A stretch of DNA of 49,331 nucleotides, taken from assembly GCA_021850635.1 (NCBI GenBank), contig JAJZLM010000010.1, positions 1-49,331 of the forward strand. The letters are read 5' to 3'. Position 1 is the stretch's first letter. Each line of letters opens with the position of its first letter. The position numbers were made by a program, and so were the translations under genes. This document shows, piece after piece, positions 45,241 to 49,331 of the stretch. Source of the stretch: Nanobdellota archaeon. GTDB taxonomy: Archaea; Nanobdellota; Nanobdellia; Parvarchaeales; Parvarchaeaceae. The notes beneath the pieces were generated by a model. The model saw only the letters and a list, made by a program, of their open reading frames with translations. It was not told where the DNA came from and searched no databases.

Positions 45241-45801
45241 CTACAAACCAAGAGTGTTCAGTACGAGCAGTACAGGACTTACAGCGAATGCTATATCAAG
45301 TATAGCTATGACTATCTGTAGTCTTACCTTGTACAGGTAGAAGGCAGTCGCTGCGTATATTGAGATCAGTATGGATCCTATGGCCAGTGCGAAACCTGTA
45401 ACCAGCGGATATGACCCAGTGTTAAAGGCTAGACCTATCGCTAGCAGTATAAAACCTACGCTTCCGATCGAGCCTATCGGCTCTTTTTTATAGTGTTCTA
45501 TTTTAAGTAGATACCCCACAATCAAGAGCGAGAGGAGCAATAAGGTTATCAGTGAATAAATCACGTAGACTTTCAATAGAGCTAGAACAATGCCGACTAC
45601 AGCGATTACTTCAAGCGCCTGGATTACTTTCTGTTTGCTTGCAGTTGCTGAGACGAAAAGTATGAATGCACCTATCAAAAATATTGCGTTTTGAAGATTA
45701 GAACCGAACTGGATGAAGGAAACTGAATATATCAATATCACCATCGCTGCTACAGATATGTAAAATAATAAATTGTCGTATCTAGGTGCTTTTTTCTTCA
45801 T
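45241..45801 (-). CDS. Hypothetical polytopic membrane protein, 186 aa
   Basis: About six hydrophobic segments. No motif recognised. Confidence 0.5.
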   Translation of the reverse strand: MKKKAPRYDNLLFYISVAAMVILIYSVSFIQFGSNLQNAIFLIGAFILFVSATASKQKVIQALEVIAVVGIVLALLKVYVIYSLITLLLLSLLIVGYLLKIEHYKKEPIGSIGSVGFILLAIGLAFNTGSYPLVTGFALAIGSILISIYAATAFYLYKVRLQIVIAILDIAFAVSPVLLVLNTLGL

Positions 45802-45899
45802 CTAATAACTAAATAACAGCAGTTTAAATGCTTATTAGCGCATTAATGGTTTTGCACATCTGTGCTAAAGCTTATTTCACACCCTCTCCATACTATTTA

Positions 45900-46586
45900 A
45901 TGAAAGTCTACGTCGGAACTTCTGGTTGGGCATACTCCTGGAACAGAGAAAACAGTCTAGGTTGGTATGCAAAGGAAACAGGGTTGAATGCGATAGAACT
46001 GAACACGAGTTTCTATAGATACCCTTCATCATCTCAGGTAAAAACGTGGGCAGAGGAGGGAAAGGATTTAAAATGGTCGGTAAAGGTCAATCAGACGATA
46101 ACGCACCGCTATAAATTCAACAAAAACAGCTATGCACGCTTTGAGAGTTTTAAGAGGGTATTTGAACCTCTAGATAATAAGATAAAATTTTACTTGTTTC
46201 AATTGCCGCCTATTCTGACACCGAATTCGCTTGATAAAATAGTTGAATTCCAGGACAGATTCGGCCTAGGCGAAAGGTTTGCTCTTGAAGTGCGGAATAT
46301 AAACTGGTTTGATAACGAGATATACAAGAGAATCAAAGCCCTGGGGATTACTATGGTCAGCATAGACTCCCCAATCGGATCGTTCATTGTGAAAACTAGT
46401 AAATCAATCTACCTTCGGATGCATGGAAGAGTCAGCTGGTATTCGTATAAGTACAAGGAAAAGGAACTTTTCCAGATAGCAAGTAAAATATCGCAATTAG
46501 CGCCTACGTCCTCCTATATATTCTTCAACAACGACCACTCAATGCTTCAGAATGCGAGAATGATGCTGGGGGTTCAAAAGCGTTAA
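45900..46586 (+). CDS. DUF72-family protein
   Basis: From the ATG at 45900 the N-terminus MKVYVGTSGWAYSW matches the DUF72 start pattern. The tracked ORF start at 45828 abuts a TATA-like tttaaatg. Confidence 0.7.
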   Translation: MKVYVGTSGWAYSWNRENSLGWYAKETGLNAIELNTSFYRYPSSSQVKTWAEEGKDLKWSVKVNQTITHRYKFNKNSYARFESFKRVFEPLDNKIKFYLFQLPPILTPNSLDKIVEFQDRFGLGERFALEVRNINWFDNEIYKRIKALGITMVSIDSPIGSFIVKTSKSIYLRMHGRVSWYSYKYKEKELFQIASKISQLAPTSSYIFFNNDHSMLQNARMMLGVQKR

Positions 46587-46591
46587 AAATA
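46583..46591 (+). promoter_or_regulatory. TATA box for tRNA-Gln
   Basis: ttaaaaata is centred about 29 nt upstream of the tRNA 5' end, overlapping the DUF72 stop. Confidence 0.5.
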
Positions 46592-46615
46592 CAAGAGTTC
46601 TTGAATATCTGTTAT

Positions 46616-46688
46616 AGCCCCGTTGTGTAGTGGTCAAGCATACAAGCCTCTGGAGCTTGGGACATCGGTTCAAATCCGATCGGGGCTA
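46616..46688 (+). tRNA. tRNA-Gln (anticodon CTG)
   Basis: Hand-folded cloverleaf. Acceptor AGCCCCG/CGGGGCT, D loop with GG, anticodon arm CAAGC-CTCTGGA-GCTTG, T arm ATCGG-TTCAAAT-CCGAT, discriminator A. Confidence 0.85.
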
Positions 46689-46876
46689 TCCTTCTTAAGG
46701 GATAATGCTATCTCCCGAAAAGTGTACGCTAAAATGCTTTAATATCTGTCTCTATCTTATAGATAAGATATAGATCAGTACCCCAAAGTTTATATCAAAA
46801 GATGGGCCTAGGTATTTTTGCGACTTCCAATCCATTATCATTATGGATTAAATGAGTATTACTTTATTCAAAATAA

Positions 46877-47425
46877 CTATCCATTTATGTATTTAGAATA
46901 GGGGGAATTGTTCTTCGCCAAAAGCATTGTGACATATCCTTTTCGAATTATTTCGTTCTTATCGAATCCCAGGTCAGCTGTGATGCTCTTTAATTCTTCA
47001 TCCTTCGCTTCGTCAGATATTATTTCTATCTCTACAAAATCTCCTAGACCATCTATCTGATCTAACTCTATCTCCGCTTTCATGTATCGGTACGAATGCC
47101 TTTTCTTATTTACTGTGATTATGTGCTCGAAACCAGACCTCTCTATTATTATCTTTAATTCATCCGCGTAGTCTTTGTTTACCTTAATCTGATGTTCCTC
47201 GTATATCCCATCCTTCCCTGTCGCTCCTTTAAACGCCAGTTCGTACTCTCCGCCGGAATTCCTTATCCTAAGCATGAACGACCTTCCTAGCTTTTTGTAA
47301 ATGTCCTTATTCCCAAAATACATATCTTCCTGCTCTTTGAATGAGAGCAGTTCAGCGCCTTTACTTTCGAGAAGATTCTTTACGCTGTCTATATCAGCTA
47401 TCTTTATCCTTATTTCTTGTTCCAT
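46877..47425 (-). CDS. CYTH-domain protein (CyaB/triphosphate tunnel metalloenzyme family)
   Basis: From the ATG at 47425 the N-terminus MEQEIRIKI carries the ExEx(K/R) CYTH signature. The beta-rich ~180 aa include a later ELDQIDGLGDFVEIE block. Confidence 0.7.
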   Translation of the reverse strand: MEQEIRIKIADIDSVKNLLESKGAELLSFKEQEDMYFGNKDIYKKLGRSFMLRIRNSGGEYELAFKGATGKDGIYEEHQIKVNKDYADELKIIIERSGFEHIITVNKKRHSYRYMKAEIELDQIDGLGDFVEIEIISDEAKDEELKSITADLGFDKNEIIRKGYVTMLLAKNNSPYSKYING

Positions 47426-48134
47426 AAGAGTTAACAACTGTACCGGCACCGTACCTTCCTTCTATCAGGTCCTTTATGTTATTTATGTCTTTGTACCCTA
47501 TTATATATAGTTCTATTCTGTTGTTTGATACTGCTTTTGAAGCCATATAATCAAATACATTGCTAGACCCTGCCTTTCTGCTGTCTTTTTTTGTTAGGTC
47601 CAACAACTTATCATAACTCATTGAATTTATCAATTTTGCATTCTTGTACTTCTTAGGATCTGCATCGTAAACACCGTCTACATTGTTGATTATCTTAACC
47701 ATAGTTCTTATTCCGGTATACGCGCAGTATTGTGCAGCTACGTTATCCATACTCTGTCCAGGGAAATTACCGCTAAGAAAACCGATGAGGCCTTTCTTTG
47801 TTATCACGTCACTAGCAACAGTAAGATTATCTATTATACCATCATAAATTACGTCCCTATCAAATGCACTGTACAGCACGGAAGAGTTCAGTCTTTGTGC
47901 CTTGTCAGCGAGTATATCGCACTGCGCTTCACTTCTGCCTAGGGCTCTTCCAATGTTTATTACCCTCCTTGCGATTTTTCCTCCCCCTATTACAATACCT
48001 ACATTGTATGATTTATGCAAGTCTGCTATCGCTCTAGAGAACTCTTTTAGTTTTCCCAACTCCGCGTTATCTCCCTCTAGGATAGAATCAAGGAATGAAC
48101 CTGATACTTTAACTACTACACCTTTCTTCTCCAT
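47394..48134 (-). CDS. pyrH: UMP kinase (archaeal type)
   Basis: VVVKVSGS N-terminus and the amino-acid-kinase fold pattern (VGIVIGGG; VDGVYDADPKK). Confidence 0.85.
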   Translation of the reverse strand: MEKKGVVVKVSGSFLDSILEGDNAELGKLKEFSRAIADLHKSYNVGIVIGGGKIARRVINIGRALGRSEAQCDILADKAQRLNSSVLYSAFDRDVIYDGIIDNLTVASDVITKKGLIGFLSGNFPGQSMDNVAAQYCAYTGIRTMVKIINNVDGVYDADPKKYKNAKLINSMSYDKLLDLTKKDSRKAGSSNVFDYMASKAVSNNRIELYIIGYKDINNIKDLIEGRYGAGTVVNSYGTRNKDKDS

Positions 48135-49050
48135 AAATCCCTCCCTCTAAAGCGCAGCCTATTACACTTTTAAGATCAACATTGTTATTTTTAGAATATG
48201 CCTCAAGAGCATTTTTGATTTCTCCAAATATAGAAGGTCCTTTGATGTGCGCTGCGGAGTATATTTCGACAAGGCTGCTTCCAGCCATTAGATACTCCAA
48301 AACGTCATCTGAGGAACTTATACCGCCAACACCAACTATAGGAGTGTCAAGCTTTTGTTTTATATCATATATGGACCTCAGAACAAACGGCTTTATCGCA
48401 GGACCAGTCACGCCACCGTATACCGACTGGAGGTAAGGTCTGCCCGTTTTTATATTGATAGCCAGGCCGGGCCCAATCGAATTAGACATCACGAATGCGT
48501 CCGCAAGTTCCTCTTTTTCGATACCTTTCAGTTCATCTAGTACTATATTGTCAAGCGATAATTTTAAGAAAATAGGTTTGTTTGTCTTGTTTCTCGCGTT
48601 TGAAAGAGAACTCCTGGCGGATTTGTAGGATATTTTCCCGTACAACAGTGCCGAATGTGAGCACGAGAAGTTAATCTCGTAAAAATCAGGTTCAACGTTT
48701 GTTTTGAATATCTCGGCTATGTCGCTGCTGTCTGCCGGATTCCTCGCGGATATACTTATCCCGACTAGCCCATGTTTTTTAATTTCGGGGATCTCTTCAA
48801 CCCAGTAGTTTACTGGTGTTATATTTTGATTATCCGAATTAAGCATATAATGGTCATTGTAATAAACAGATGGTCTGAACAACGGCCTGTGCTCATTTTT
48901 TATTCTAAGTGTTCTAGAGATAACGGCCGCGGCACCGCTGTCAAGAGATTTGATAGGAAACTCTTTTCTTTCTGTTATTGTGCCGGAGCCGAGAATCAAG
49001 GGATTTTTGAACACTAGATTACCGAGTGTCATTTCAAGATTCTTTACCAT
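48109..49050 (-). CDS. pyrD: Dihydroorotate dehydrogenase catalytic subunit (class 1-like)
   Basis: FKNPLILGSGT, NFSCSHS (Cys base position), GGVTGPAIKP and VGVGGI blocks. Overlaps the pyrH start. Confidence 0.8.
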   Translation of the reverse strand: MVKNLEMTLGNLVFKNPLILGSGTITERKEFPIKSLDSGAAAVISRTLRIKNEHRPLFRPSVYYNDHYMLNSDNQNITPVNYWVEEIPEIKKHGLVGISISARNPADSSDIAEIFKTNVEPDFYEINFSCSHSALLYGKISYKSARSSLSNARNKTNKPIFLKLSLDNIVLDELKGIEKEELADAFVMSNSIGPGLAINIKTGRPYLQSVYGGVTGPAIKPFVLRSIYDIKQKLDTPIVGVGGISSSDDVLEYLMAGSSLVEIYSAAHIKGPSIFGEIKNALEAYSKNNNVDLKSVIGCALEGGIYGEERCSS

Positions 49051-49175
49051 TACATAATAAAGACTATCTATAGTATTAAAGTGTTTCTTGCTCTTGGCTT
49101 TGTTTATTAAGTAACAAGGAGATTCTCGCTTTTCGTATAATATTTTGCATATTTTATCAAAGGTGAGCGGGAAAA

Positions 49176-49331
49176 CCCACGTGCTTTAGCAGTGGGATGA
49201 AAACGAACTTAAAAATGGAAAACATAAATAGCAAGAGTGGTAAAATGGCAATATGTCGGCAGCATACAAATTTAGGTTGTATCCTAATAAGGAGCAGAAA
49301 GAAACATTCTCCAGATACTTCGGCTGCAGCA
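49176..49331 (+). mobile_element. Left part of an IS200/IS605-family (IS1341-like) element; the left boundary is uncertain
   Basis: A subterminal imperfect hairpin (cccac-g-tgc-ttta-gca-gtggg, 49176-49196) lies 57 nt upstream of a tnpB start. No tnpA lies between pyrD and tnpB. Confidence 0.4.
49253..49331 (+). CDS. tnpB: TnpB (IS605 OrfB-type RNA-guided nuclease) N-terminus, truncated by the window edge
   Basis: The translation MSAAYKFRLYPNKEQKETFSRYFGCS is the characteristic TnpB/OrfB N-terminal motif (YKFRLYPN.EQ). Only 26 codons are visible. Confidence 0.7.
   Translation, partial: MSAAYKFRLYPNKEQKETFSRYFGCS

Noticed and set aside
46700-46860. Mini-ORFs of 22 aa (+) and 29 aa (-) in the tRNA-Gln/CYTH spacer
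   Set aside because: No RBS or TATA at the right spacing, no recognisable peptides, and a length compatible with chance in AT-rich DNA.

Overview
AT-rich, densely coding archaeal chromosome segment; intergenic gaps are mostly under 160 nt. Archaeal identity rests on RadA, TBP, aP0/aP1 stalk proteins, a eukaryote-type primase, RPA, deoxyhypusine synthase, and A/T-rich TATA boxes about 24-32 nt upstream of first-gene ATGs and tRNA 5' ends (mostly leaderless), with GGAGG/AGGTG Shine-Dalgarno motifs before internal operon genes. Housekeeping content: rpl1-P0-P1, surE, grpE-dnaK-dnaJ, tbp, ileS, alaS, nuoABCDHI, sufCBD, primase, dys, RPA, phosphohexomutase, H+-PPase, pyrD-pyrH, and three tRNAs (His-GTG, Phe-GAA, Gln-CTG). 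There is no rRNA and no CRISPR array. A single-chain PriS + PriL-CTD primase, small reduced proteins and many membrane-anchored sequon-rich surface proteins suggest a small-genome DPANN-like (Micrarchaeota-type) or Thermoplasmata-like archaeon; this is inference only. Loci worth a second look: (1) a 3.9-kb tRNA-bounded pocket (21141-25081) holding a tandem-V4R protein, a DUF929-like CxxC protein, a stand-alone Cas4-type nuclease and a 308-aa orphan, sitting where nuoJKLMN would be expected; (2) a VKOR-type oxidoreductase, two DUF929-like paralogues and Cys-bracketed surface repeats; (3) a modular repeat-rich surface protein with a YVTN propeller; (4) the fused primase; (5) an IS200/IS605-type tnpB cut by the right edge. 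I could not assign a complete, demonstrably new system from sequence alone. The tRNA-bounded pocket is my best candidate.
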